A stretch of DNA of 64,000 nucleotides, taken from assembly GCA_964106915.2 (NCBI GenBank), contig OZ066914.1, one strand, 5' to 3'. The notes below the pieces were generated by a model. It saw only the letters and a list, made by a program, of their open reading frames with translations. It had not been told where the DNA came from and made no database searches. A program made the position numbers and the translations under genes. Below, piece after piece: positions 12,967 to 24,904 of this stretch; the first letter of the stretch is position 1, and the number at the start of each line of letters is the position of its first letter. This stretch comes from Podarcis gaigeae (lineage: Eukaryota).

Positions 12967-13232
12967 TAGGGTTGCCATATGTCCGGAATTTCCTAGACAT
13001 AGCTGGAATACTGCAGTCTGAAATGTCCTTGAAAATCTGGACATATGGCAACCCATGTCGGAATTCTAGATTTTGTTGAATACCTCAAAAATGTCATTAT
13101 TTTTGAGATTTTGCAAAAAAGAAAGAAAGCACAACATAAAAAAAAAATTAAAAAAGGAAACACAACTACTTTGCCAAAAAAACTCAACAACATTTGTGTC
13201 TGGATTTTCACTTTTTAAAATATGTCAACCCT
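12967..13232. mobile_element. hAT-like MITE (TAGGGTTGCCATA ends)
   Basis: TAGGGTTGCCATAT...ATATGTCAACCCT with atgaga on both flanks; related copy at 35034-35234. Confidence 0.65.
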
Positions 13233-16200
13233 GATGAGATGCTTTGGTTGTATACATGCTACTGGCTTAAAATGAAGCAAGGCCATTGTTTCTTTCACTG
13301 GATCAAAGCTGGTTTGTGGAGGGGAAACACATCAAAAGATAGTATTTCTTAGGAAGCAACAGGATAAATAAAGGATTGTGGCTTATTTTGTGTGTACATC
13401 GCTTCTCACACCAGTGATGGGAGGGCACAGGATGCAGAGTAAACAGGGAATGTGTATGCAGCCTTTGTTGTTTTTGGTACAGTTGCCTAACACAGCTACT
13501 GTTCTGGAAATCGGGTCCCAAAAAGTTCAAAAAGAACTACTATTTGGGTTTCTGTACCTTATATCCTAGCTGCTGTCTAGACACCAAATTGACAACATGA
13601 GGTTTTGGCCCTAACCTCTGTGCTATATATGAGTATAACACTGAATGTTCTTCTTCTCTGGGATGACTGCTCTTTAGTGGAAATTGCCACACAGTTAGGG
13701 GAGTGTGAATCTTGCTGAAGTTCATGACTTTTTGAAGGGACCAAGACAGGGCGCTGCCAGTATTCTTCAGGAAGCAGTGATTTCACCTCCCTTCAAACTA
13801 ATAAATACTTCAGTACAAATGCTGTCTGTAGCACAGTTAGCTCAGCTTCATGGGCAAACTGTTTGCTAATGCATGTGAGCCTAGGTTCATATGAACTGTA
13901 GTTACATCACCAGCGGCCTACATTAGGTCTGTAATTCTTCTTGAGGGGGTTTACACAGCCACATTCATGCACTGATCATGCAATATCAGAAATACTACCA
14001 ATGGGAGCTGCACATTTATTTTGCAAAATATGATTGTTAGCAGTGTTCTTCATTGTTGCACAGCAAATGCAGTGCAAAACTAGAGGTTTTTTGACCTCTG
14101 GTTTCTTCCTGTCCATGGTATGCATCATAAAAAAATCACCACATTATATCTAGGAGTGATCAAAACATGCAATATCACTATCTCTAAAATTAGCTGAAGC
14201 TATGAGGTGTTCTTCAGATGGTTAATTTTGTTTTTTTGTGGGGAGAACTGTGGGCTTAGTCACATAGTGGTCTTTCTCATCATTGTTATTTGTCTTTACC
14301 CAAAGCAGTTCCTACCTATGAGTAACAGATCATCCATCTTGTTTATTTATGAGCAGAAGCTGTATTTTGTGATAGTTTTCTGATGTTTTGCTTTACACCT
14401 GTTGCTGTTTGGAGGCCATGCACCCTGGCAACCTCACAGAAGATCAGAAAGTTGATGGTTTGAGTCCACGTGACAGAACTGTGGACTATCTGTATTGATA
14501 TTACTTGGCACTGTGAATGAGTCTTGTCAATTTCACTACAGCTTTTTATGGGAGAAAAGTAGGTTTCAAAGCTGTCTTGAAAAGTGAACAAGTGATCTCA
14601 TCTTTCAGAGTGACTTTCTGCCCCAAGATTTTGAAAAGTTGGTTTAATTATATCCTTAAGGGCAGAAAATGAATGGGACAAAATGTGCTCCCTCCCTGCA
14701 ACACTGGATCACCCGTTGTCCTTTTTCATAAATGTCTTTTCCACCAATCAATAACCAGTGAGGCATGGCTATAAGCAGGGGTAACAAGCATGGGAGCTGG
14801 ACTACAACTCCCATCATCCCTGTCCATTGGCTATGCAGGCTAGGACTATTGAAAGCTGGCATCCAACAGCATCTGGAGAAGCCCAGATTGGCTGCCTATG
14901 GGTTTTTGTAATTGTTGGTAGGCTTGCAGGCGGATCATGTAAAAATGCATTTGAAGGCATGCTTTGCAGCACTGTTTAAATAAGTCTCCAGAAACACTGG
15001 TGCTGAGCCCATGACCTGTTAAAATTAATGGTGTTAGTTTCAGAGCATCACATTCTAAGTTCTGTGTGTTCTAAACAAGCATTCCATGATGACTTAAACG
15101 CTTGCCGCTCCCTTGTGTGTCCTCTCTGATTGTTTATAGTCCTGGTTTAAAATACCAAGTGTCCTCCATTAAGCATCCTCTGGACAGTATAACCAACACA
15201 AACTGTTCCTTCTCCATCACTCTGTATTGCGTATTTGGCAAACTTTGCAACAAATCTTTTGGCACTGTGTCCTTTTAATTTTTATTCTCTCTCATTAACC
15301 GTATGACAGAAAACTATCCGCCCCCCTTGCAAGCAATCACATTGCCTTACAAGAGAACAGAAAAATCTCACACCACTAATAAGAGTGACATCTGGAAGTG
15401 CCCAAAAGAACTGTAATAGACACCAGAAGCATTATTCTCATTATTACTTTTTCAATGATTGTGTGTTCGTGTGTGTGTGTGGGGGGGGGGAAATAAAACT
15501 TATCAGAGGCTGAAGGACAACCTCAGTGAGCCCTTTGCTTCAACCCACATATAGGTGCCATTGGCTGTTGGTGAAGACAATTCACAAAGATAAAAATCAG
15601 CTCAAAATTTTGGCAAGATGGCCAGTACTTTATTATGTTTTCTCCTAAAGAATACTGAATTTTCTTAAAATTAGACCAGAACCCTTCAAAACTGGGAAGG
15701 ATTTAAAACTCTGATAAACTTTTATCTGGTAAAAAAAAAAGGAATATACAATTTGAAGCTTAAGTTATATCTTTATCAATGGATATAAACAGGACTGCTC
15801 AGCAACTTTTATGCAACAGGAATTTAAGTGGTTGGCTAGATTTTGAAAAAAAATAGTAATATTTTTATATGGACATATTTCATCTGAAACCATCAGAGGT
15901 GCTTCTGCCTGATGACTCAGGTAAGGCATCTGGCAGAACTCCATAATTAACAGAAATACATTTTAAAGACTTGATATATCTTTTTGTTATCTATTCAAGG
16001 TGGCCTTGCATATTTTTTCAAACATTTTTAGCAGTTATGCTTTATTTGTTCAGCCAAGTTTTAGCACTGTCTGATAATGATTTTTACAACATGAAAGGAA
16101 AAAAAAACATTTTGAAAAACCAAAACACTATCCATTTATTATATTTGGGAAGAAGTAATTTTAGCAAACAATAATTGGCCAGGATGCTTGCCTCTTTTAT

Positions 16201-16753
16201 AATATAAAAGTGAGTTATAGCAGTTATTCAAATTAGCAAACACTGTTTTCAAAAAGGTAATTTAACAGTTTGCAGTTATCGAGCAGTTATTATGGATTTT
16301 AAAACACTAAGTAAACATCCTTCTTAGTTTTGGACAAAGCATAGAACTCTGAGATCTAATTTGTTTTGTGTCGTTGGTCTTGCTGAATGGTAGTTTCTGC
16401 TGGGCTGGTGGCTTACATTATTTAACTTCACTATGCCAACATCTGGGTTTGCTCTGAAATATTCCACAACAAGCTGATGTTATACAGCAGCAGCCCTTAA
16501 CCTAGCCTTTCCAATTTACTGAGTATGCTTGGTATATTTTGCCATTGATAAATCAATGTACAAACTTCCATCTCTCTGAAGCTGTTATAAGCAAACTGTA
16601 AATGAACACTCGGGTCAAAAATTGGGTGTTGGGATTATGTTGACTTGGAAAACATTTGATTTTCATAGAATACAGTTTATTGTTTGGCAGGGGGAAGATG
16701 TTCCAGTGATGCCTACATTTTCATGAAATGCAGTAGCGAACATTATCTAAGCG

Positions 16754-16889
16754 CAGTGTTTCCCAACCTTGTGCCTCCAGATGTTTTTGGCCTACAACTC
16801 CCATCATCCCTAGCTAGCAAGACCAGTGGTCAGGGATGATGGGAGTTGTAGGCCAAAAACATCTGGAGGCACAAGGTTGGGAAACACTG
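16754..16889. mobile_element. Palindromic hAT-type MITE with perfect 58-bp arms
   Basis: 16754-16811 is the exact reverse complement of 16832-16889; atctaag on both flanks. Confidence 0.9.
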
Positions 16890-17203
16890 ATCTAAGGGAT
16901 GTTAGCTGCGCATAGGTGACAAACAAGTAAGTTAAAGATCCCAGCTCTATGAACACCCATGCTTTACTGTAAGAGAAGCTACAGTTCACACAGTGTGTGA
17001 TTGTCCCTGCATGTGATTAAGTTATGCATGCAGAGGGCTCTATAGAGCCTTCAGATTACCACAGTCTTCTTTCATCTGTTTCTTACATTGGTGATTCCAT
17101 ATTAAGAAAAGCCAGTTCTATGACTCCAAAATGACATGTAGATTGAGCACATGCGGTCAAAGGTTTATACCTTGCACAAGTTATTCCCCTTTTATTAATC
17201 AAT

Positions 17204-17271
17204 AGACATTCATAACTTACTTAAGACATTCATAACTTACTTAAGCTCATAACTTACTTAAGCTTCATAAC
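17204..17271. repeat. Short tandem repeat, core tcataacttacttaag x3
   Basis: agacattcataacttactta x2 followed by shortened units. Confidence 0.85.
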
Positions 17272-18031
17272 CACCGTCCTCATCCCCACCATCCAACCTG
17301 TCCACACATTTTCGTCTTTCTCAGCAAACATCAATATTTCATTTTCTCAGAGATGGAAACAGAAACTGGAGCCAGTGAGGAGTAGCTCTAGTATCAAGCT
17401 CTTCATAGCCAGAAAGAATTAGGCCCTCATAATACGTCCACCAGGTTCTCATAACATCATCACAAAAACCTATTTACATTAGAAAAACTATGTAGTTTTC
17501 CTTCTGCATACAACTGAATACAACTGGCTTCTCAAGAAATAGTTCAGATATCCACTCCTTCCTAATTAAACAGAGAGCACTGGCCCAGTAGAGTTTGTAT
17601 CTGCACCAACCTTTGTGGTTGTCACACGAGTCAACAAATACTTCCAGAGTAACCTCCCTCCCTTAGCTTGGCCAGAGAGGATGTGTGCTTGAAGCTTTGT
17701 TAAACATCTCAGTGATGGAACGTCCTATATGTTACATTTGCTTTTATATTAATAAATTATCTTTATCTGTTTTAAGAGTACAGAACAGTATCCACTTCAC
17801 CTGATACCATCTCTATGACCATACTAAAGGCCCTAGATGAGCCAAAGGTGCCTTTAATTTGTAACTTCACTGTTGGATCTATAAATAAAGACTTTCCTAG
17901 TTTTTAGTTGCTGTTCTACGTTGTGTGCATTCATATTCTATTAGGGTAGTGGTGATCATGAGAGAGAACTAATCCTGCCTTCCCAATTTTTCTTTTCTTA
18001 CCCAGAGAGCACTGTAATTCCTTACATTCTA

Positions 18032-18033
18032 TT

Positions 18034-18081
<48 letters not shown>
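18032..18081. repeat. (TTTC)n microsatellite
   Basis: Direct read. Confidence 0.95.
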
Positions 18082-20185
18082 TTAATTAGTGTTTCCAATG
18101 CATGTTATATATATACCACAAATCTTTATCAGTAGTAAATAGAATATCACATACAAGGGGATTTTTAGAACATGCCTTGATTTGTACTTAATCAAGCATA
18201 GTTCCTACCCTGACTTTATTTTATTTTATTTCAGATGAATTGCACTAGATGAATTGTAGGGGTGAAAAAGAATACAGCAGACTTTCCCATACCTGGTGCC
18301 CTCCAGATCTTTGGGACTACAGCTCCCATCAGCCCCAGCCAGCATGGTCAGCAGCTAGGGATGTTGGGAGTTGTTTTTCAACAACATATGGATGACACCA
18401 GCTTAGGAAAGGCTGGTATAGACTATATGAAGTGTTTGGAACACTTGAAATATACTATGTAAATGCTATGACTCTTGCACATCATAAAAATCCAGTGATT
18501 TCTATTCACTAGTTTAATTAGGACCAAAGGTATGAACCTGATATTGTGTACTTCCCATTCAATCAATTCTGTTTTGATGGATTTCATGATATCAAAATGA
18601 TTTTAAGCACATTGTGCCACACCGCAACACCATCAGTTAACAATGGAGAAAGAATCATTGTGATGCGTGACTTACATAATGGCTACAAAAACACATTGGA
18701 ATAATATTTAGATAACCAGCACTAGCGCTTAGGAAGTTAGGATAGGCCATTATGAAGGTTGCCCAGAATAGCTTGATTTAATCCTCACTTCCGTTCCCAT
18801 CTGTGCATTTTCATCAGGATACAGTGTGATGATCCGTCATAATCAAGGACCCTGATTTGATATTTTCAGCCGGTAATGTGATTAATTACTACATCTGGAA
18901 GGATCACTCTTTCTTGACCTCTTCAGGTGCACACAACAGCTGAAAGAACTGTTTGAGGAAATAATGAGAGAATACCTGCTTTGTCTTTTCAACTTTCACA
19001 TAAGCTGGAAAATCCATACTGTATACTTTTTCAGAAAGTAATATTTTGATTGCATTGCTCAGGCAGAGTTCATGAACTAGCCGCACAGTAGGTGGCTCTG
19101 TATGAACCTGGAAGCATTGTTGGACAAATTAAGAAGGTGCCCACTGGCTTCCTTCCTTGCTTTTCTAGATTGCCTCATCTCAAAAGGTTTGGAACAAATA
19201 ACAATGCATTGAAATGACACAAAATGTCTAACTCAAAGCAGATAAAACATGACAAATGCTGGATCTCAACAGTTCCACTGGCACCAGACCAGCTCAAAGA
19301 GGGGGTTGAACTGCTTCTACCTGGTGCTCAGGTTGCAGCAAAGTAACAGAACTTTAATGCCTCAAGCAAAGGCTTTACAGGTCAAAACCAACAATCTGAG
19401 TTGTGTGTGGAAGCCCATAGGGACCTGATGGTCTGGAAACCTGATACGTGCTTTCACATTCCGTGAAGGAAAATGGATTTATCATTGAATTCATTATGGG
19501 CCATGTGGAGATCTCTCGGCAGGTTGGAGGGGGAAGTGGAATGAGATGAGGCTGCTGAAACTGTGGACACGGAGGGTCCAAATCAGGTGGTGCCTCCATT
19601 GTGTTGGTGCTGGTCACCCCAGAGGAAGAGCTGTCAGAGCCAGCCCCAAACCACATCTCCCAAGAGTGAGGTTGCCTGGCAGGTGAACCTGAGACAGACA
19701 GTGAAGCGGCAGAGTCTGCCCCTGACTTCATGGACACACAATAAAATGTGTTAAAATTCTGCCTGCTTGCAAGAGTGCTCACTTGCTTGCCCAACCCTGT
19801 TGCTTGGGATGAGAATTGCACTAATGACTATGTCTGCCCTGCTCTTCCAAAGGAGAGCAAAGGGGATGTGTGTGTTAGATGTTGAGAGCGCTGAACTGTG
19901 TAACCACCATCTTGAACTATGTTTAAATTGCATACTGACATGTGGAATAATTGAGCTGAGAGTCTGAGTTTTGTGTCTGACAGGTTTTTAATTTTTTTTT
20001 ATTCTTCTTAAACTCTAAAAAAGAATTAGGCTCAGTCAAAACAAAATGATGGCATTTTCTGACCACAGGCTCTCACACAAAGGTACAAGAGACATTTGGA
20101 AGTGCACTGGCAATGGGAGCGAGTTGGAAATGGGGTAGGAAGCTATCGTCCCAAGGTGTGGTGTGAAGCCACATGACACATCATC

Positions 20186-20246
20186 CTTGCTGAAGCTAGG
20201 AGCAATTGTTTAAGTCTGGATGGGAGATCACCTAAGAAAATTCCTG
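20186..20246 (+). pseudogene. Degenerate 5S rRNA-derived fragment (5S pseudogene or SINE3 head)
   Basis: gaagcta...tggatgggagatcacct resembles the 5S A-box/C-box region (GAAGCTAAGC...TGGATGGGAGACCGCCT). Confidence 0.4.
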
Positions 20247-21226
20247 CATGCTACTTGCTTGCATTCTGCTTGCTTGTTTCCAATACTCTGTGTATTAGTA
20301 TAGAGACAACTGAAGTCATGAGCCATTCCCTTAAGCTGCTTTCTTCTTGTAATCTTGCGCCATTTAGCATGTTTCTGGAGCATCATCTCAGTTTCCCAAA
20401 CATCAATGAAGCTATTAACCCCCGGTACCAGGTGTTCCCGTCATCTGTAATATTCTCTCTCCTGCTCCCTCCTGGATTTAATCTAAACTAGCTCTCCTGA
20501 TCAGGCTCATGAGATTCTCAGCAAACACATTCTTGCCAACTGCGGTGAGGTGCAAGCCATCTCTTGTCAGAAGTCCTTCCTCAAGAAAGCGGAGACCATG
20601 GTCCATGATTCTCCTAATGTTTTAAATTATTATAATGAGACTGCTGTGTGATAGCAGTGGTTTTTTTTAAAGGAAAACTGAAGAATCCTGAAGAATCCCC
20701 CCCCCTCAAATATTCAGTTATTCACACCTTAGTTTTGTTTCGTGGGGGCTTTCGGTTAAATATTTGTTCTTTTCCAGAATCTGTTCCGATGCCCAGGAAT
20801 GAATTACAACATTTCTTACAGTGGCCAAATCAGTCGCCCTTTGAAGAAAATGGGCATCTGCAATCTTTCCACCTGGCTGAGTTAACCATCACTACCTTCA
20901 CAGAAACCAGACATTAATTTATAGAGATATGAAAACCAAATATTGATTCATATTTAGTCTTACATGAGAACATTATTCTGAATCTACATTGACTCAGCTT
21001 CTACAAGTTATTTGTCTTCTCTTCTCCACTTCTTCCATTTTTTAAAAAAGAAGCGGGAAGGTTTTAGAATGTGCAGGGTGATTTTGCTACAGTTTATGTC
21101 ACCCTGCAAGCTCCTTGCAGCTAGGGATGCTTGAGGATTTTGCTCTCTGATTTCTGAGGTGAACTTACCTGATTTGCACCTTGCGGACTAACACTTTATT
21201 ATCTCTTGGGGTTCATGGCTCAAAAA

Positions 21227-21438
21227 AAGGCAGAGGGCTTCTTGATAGTGGCACCCTCCCTGTGGAATGCCCTCCCATCAGATGTCAAGGAAATAAACAA
21301 CTACCTGACTTTTAGAAGACATCTGAAGGCAGCCCTGTTTAGGGAAGTTTTTAATGTTTGATGTTTTATTGTGGTTTTAATATTCTGTTGGGAGCTGCCC
21401 AGAGTGGCTGGGGAAAACCAGCCAGATGGGTGGGGTAT

Positions 21439-21474
<36 letters not shown>

Positions 21475-21492
21475 AACAACAACAATAATAAT
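21227..21492 (+). mobile_element. L2-type LINE 3' fragment ending in (CAA)n/(TAA)n
   Basis: Homologous to 32385-32600. Confidence 0.85.
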
Positions 21493-21845
21493 AGAAAATA
21501 TGCTTGGAAATTTACATATTGAGATAAAAATGAAATACCGGTACATATTTTGTGATAAAATAATCTTTAAAATATGAATTCTGAAGGGGATTTTTATTTT
21601 AAAAATGACAGATTAAGGTAGAAACAGGCTGGAATGGATTTATGAAGGAACATGTGCAAATTTGATTGGGACCATCCATTTGCTGCATGTGGCTTCTTTC
21701 TAGAGCTAACCAGGCTTATAAAAATGTTGTTGGCATCTGTCTGTCTTGAGAGAAGTGGAGTGTGTCTCCAGAGGTGAAGTCAAATCACTGTATTAGCAGC
21801 AATAAAGTGACTTCCTTGGGATGTACATAACTATATTAATAATGA

Positions 21846-22103
21846 AGTGGTACCTCGGGTTACATACGCTTCAGGTTACATACGCTTCAGGTTACAGACT
21901 CCGCTAACCCAGAAATATTACCTCGGGTTAAGAACTTTGCTTCAGGATGAGAACAGAAATCGTGCTCCGGCAGCACGGCAGCAGCAGGAGGCCCCATTAG
22001 CTAAGGTGGTGCTTCAGGTTAAGAACAGTTTCAGGTTAAGAACAGTTTCAGGTTAAGAATGGACCTCCAGAATGAATTAAGTACTTAACCCAAGGTGCCT
22101 CTG
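21846..22103. mobile_element. Tc1/mariner-superfamily MITE, same family
   Basis: AGTGGTACCTCGGGTT...CCAAGGTGCCTCTG|TA, with internal tandem duplications. Confidence 0.88.
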
Positions 22104-22814
22104 TATTGGGGTGTAAACCCAGACCTCAGAAATGCATATCCCCACATGCCATCATGTGAACAATACTAAAAATATATCTTTATTTTATAATGCTTTATAC
22201 GGTTTTAAACCTGCCAGTGTGTGGGATTTGTTAGCTTTCAATTGTTGGAAGCTGCCCTGGGTGATGCAAATGCATTGGAAAGGTGGGATACATGGTTTTA
22301 AAGTAATAAATGCATAATTAAAAAGGATGCTGCTGGACTACAACTCCCAGCATCCTTGATGACTAATCATGCTCCTGGTGCTGATGTTTGTTGTAGTCCA
22401 AGAACACCTGCAGGGCCACAGGCTCTTCACCGCCCTATGAGGTATATATTAGCAGATCCTTCAAGATGCAGACATGACATTAGTACATGTTAAAATGTGA
22501 GGATCTGTAGCTTAACGATAGAGCTCACACCTTGCACATCATCTCACATCCAATTCCTATCATCTCAGATTGGGAGGAATTCTGTGAAATATCTCTTCAT
22601 GAGAACTTTAAAAACAACAACCCTGTCAATCAGACAAGACAAAGGGGCTAACCTGTGGCTTTCTAGGTTTTGTTGGACCATAGCTTCCCTCACTGGCCCT
22701 GCTGGCTAGGGCTGATGATGGGGCGCAACATCATCTGGAAGACCAAAAGTTAGTCATTCCACAAGTAGACACTGTTGGGCCAAATGGGTCAGTGATCTTG
22801 AGAGTATAAGTCAG

Positions 22815-23031
22815 CTTCAAGTTACAAGATGGATTCAAGTTACAAGAAAGGAAATTCCCAACTAAACATCAGGAAGAACTTTTTGATGGTAAGGTAGTAG
22901 ACTCTTCTTCATTAGAGGTTTTTAAGCAGAGGTTGGAAGGCCATCTGCCATGGGTGCTTCAGTGGATATTCCTGCATTGCAGGGGGTTGGACTAGATGAC
23001 CCTCGGTGTCCCTTCAACTTCTACAATTCTA
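22815..23031 (+). mobile_element. Degenerate CR1 3' fragment
   Basis: Similar to 12020-12257 (caagaaagg...ctaaacatcaggaagaac...ggggttggactagatgacc...ctacaattcta). Confidence 0.8.
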
Positions 23032-23854
23032 GTTTGGGTCAAAATATTGGGGAAGGGAAACGTATGTTAACTAATTTTGTAAAGCTTTTCTATTGCTTTA
23101 ATATGACAAATTTTCCATAACTATTCATAGAAATTGCTTTGTTGGGATACTGGTACACAGCAGAACATAACAACTCTTAAGAATATGTCTTGCCTTTAAA
23201 ATTCCTGGACTTTCTATTAAAATTTGTTTGTATGCTTTGGCTATACCCTAGTGATAACTCATCTAGTAGACAGTTGACTTTCTTTATAACTTATAACTAT
23301 ACCGTACATGTCAGTTCCTGGGGAAAAAATCCTTCTGTACAAATGAATTTTCCTGAGTGGAGTAATAACTGGGATTACCGAAGGGTTTAAAACAACTGTG
23401 ATGTGTGCAATCAGTCTTAAATACCTAAATAAACTTTGTAAGTTCTCAGTTGGATCACACACAACCTCCTTTATACATTGCAATTAGTCTTAATTCTACA
23501 CAAACCTTAATCCCTAAGGCAGACTGAGTTTGCACACCCACCGTCACAAAATCCAGTGACTTTACTGTGCCCTTTATTCACATATTCCATAGCTTATATG
23601 CCAATTAAAGACAATCTCTTCACCTTACTTTCTTCAATTTCAGACTTTCCTCTGTCCCCGCTCTGGGGAAACTTGCGTCGGTTGCGTGGCATCCTCCATA
23701 ATTCCTTACAACATTCCCACTACTTTCCTGCATTGTGTAAAAATGGCCCAGGCCTAAGAAGGTCATATTAAAAATGTGAAAGCCAACAAATAAGGTAGCT
23801 CAAACAAATTCCACTGAATACAGAGAACTTGTTTTTGAAAATAAATAGTTCTCA

Positions 23855-24000
23855 TTGGCACCTGTCTGTCTCGAGAGACAATGGAGTGAGCCTCTGGGGG
23901 TGAAGTCAAACCACTGCATTAGCAGCACTGAAATGACCTCCCTGTGGTACAAGCCAGGGCAATGTGTATGGAGGTCCTGCCCAGACAACAGGATGCCCCT
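23855..24000 (-). mobile_element. Dispersed repeat, probably an RTE-like 3' end (second copy at ~21730-21825)
   Basis: ctgtctgtctcgagagacaatggagtg...ggtgaagtcaaaccactgcattagcagc occurs twice and resembles 49050-49110. Confidence 0.5.
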
Positions 24001-24461
24001 AAATAAACAAATTCATAATTCCGTCCTGCTTGATGTCCACATCACAAAACAGTGTTTCTAGACCAAGAACTGCCCTCTCCAAAAGGTAAACAATCCTCCC
24101 AAAACCTCTTAAATATATATATATATTTTGGTTAAGATTGTCAGAAAAATTCTTAAAACGGGGAGGGGGAAACCCTCAGTGCCTTGATCCAGTATGTGCA
24201 TATGCTTAATTCTTCCCACAGGAGCAAGCTAGCCATACACTTCAATGGAGGGAGCAGCTATGCATAAACATTCTATAACAGCCAAATTAAATGACTGGCC
24301 TCAATAGCTTCGAGTAAGCTATCAACACACCCCTATTTGCAGCTAGTCCGTCATACCCTTTGGGTGAAAGATTTATATGATCTGAAGAGAATCCTGAATA
24401 TTCACCCATCTTACCCTTGGTACAATTGGCTACAACAGGAATTGGATAGGGCTAGCCACAC

Positions 24462-24665
24462 TCTGATGTTGGGAAAGATAGAGGGCACAAGGAGAAGGGG
24501 ACGACAGAGGACGACAGAGGACGATATGGTTGGACAGTGTTCTTGAAGCATGAGTTTGACCAAACTGCGGGAGGCAGTGGAAGACAGGAGTGCCTGGCGT
24601 GCTCTGGTCCATGGGGTCACGAAGAGTCAGGGATGACTAAATGACTAAACAACAACAACAACAAC
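24462..24665 (+). mobile_element. BovB/RTE LINE 3' fragment with 8-bp TSD
   Basis: Encodes TLMLGKIEGTRRRGRQR; (CAA)n tail; TSD agccacac at 24454-24461 and 24666-24673. Confidence 0.9.
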
Positions 24666-24697
24666 AGCCACACATATATTTTAGGGAAAGTTTAACT

Positions 24698-24904
24698 CAG
24701 AGCTTTCCAAACTGCGTGTCGCGACACGTTAGTGTGTCGGCTGCAGTGTGTAGGTATCTCATGTGAACGCCCCCCTGTACTCCTCCCGGGGCTGGAAATG
24801 GATTAGTTTTTCCTCCAGTTTGCTAGTAAAACTGAATTACTGTGTCGCAAAATGATGCATGTCTGAAAAGCGTGTCACCAACATGAACAGTTTGGAAAGC
24901 TCTA
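24698..24904. mobile_element. hAT MITE with perfect 8-bp TSD
   Basis: TIR CAGAGCTTTCCAAACT/AGTTTGGAAAGCTCTA; TSD gtttaact at 24690-24697 and 24905-24912. Confidence 0.92.

Noticed and set aside
17204-17271. Short repeated units that might suggest a CRISPR-like array
   Set aside because: Eukaryotic context, no unique spacers and no cas genes; a simple slippage repeat.
18976-19107. 132-bp minus-strand segment with AG/GT ends, open in phase 0 (VHTEPPTVRLVHELCLSNAIK...EKTKQ)
   Set aside because: The host intron is phase 2, in which this segment hits TAG after about 10 codons. The polypyrimidine tract is weak and I recognise no protein.
19375-19821. 148-aa Ser/Pro-rich ORF
   Set aside because: No recognisable domain, no supporting splice structure, and a non-ATG start; a chance ORF is likely.
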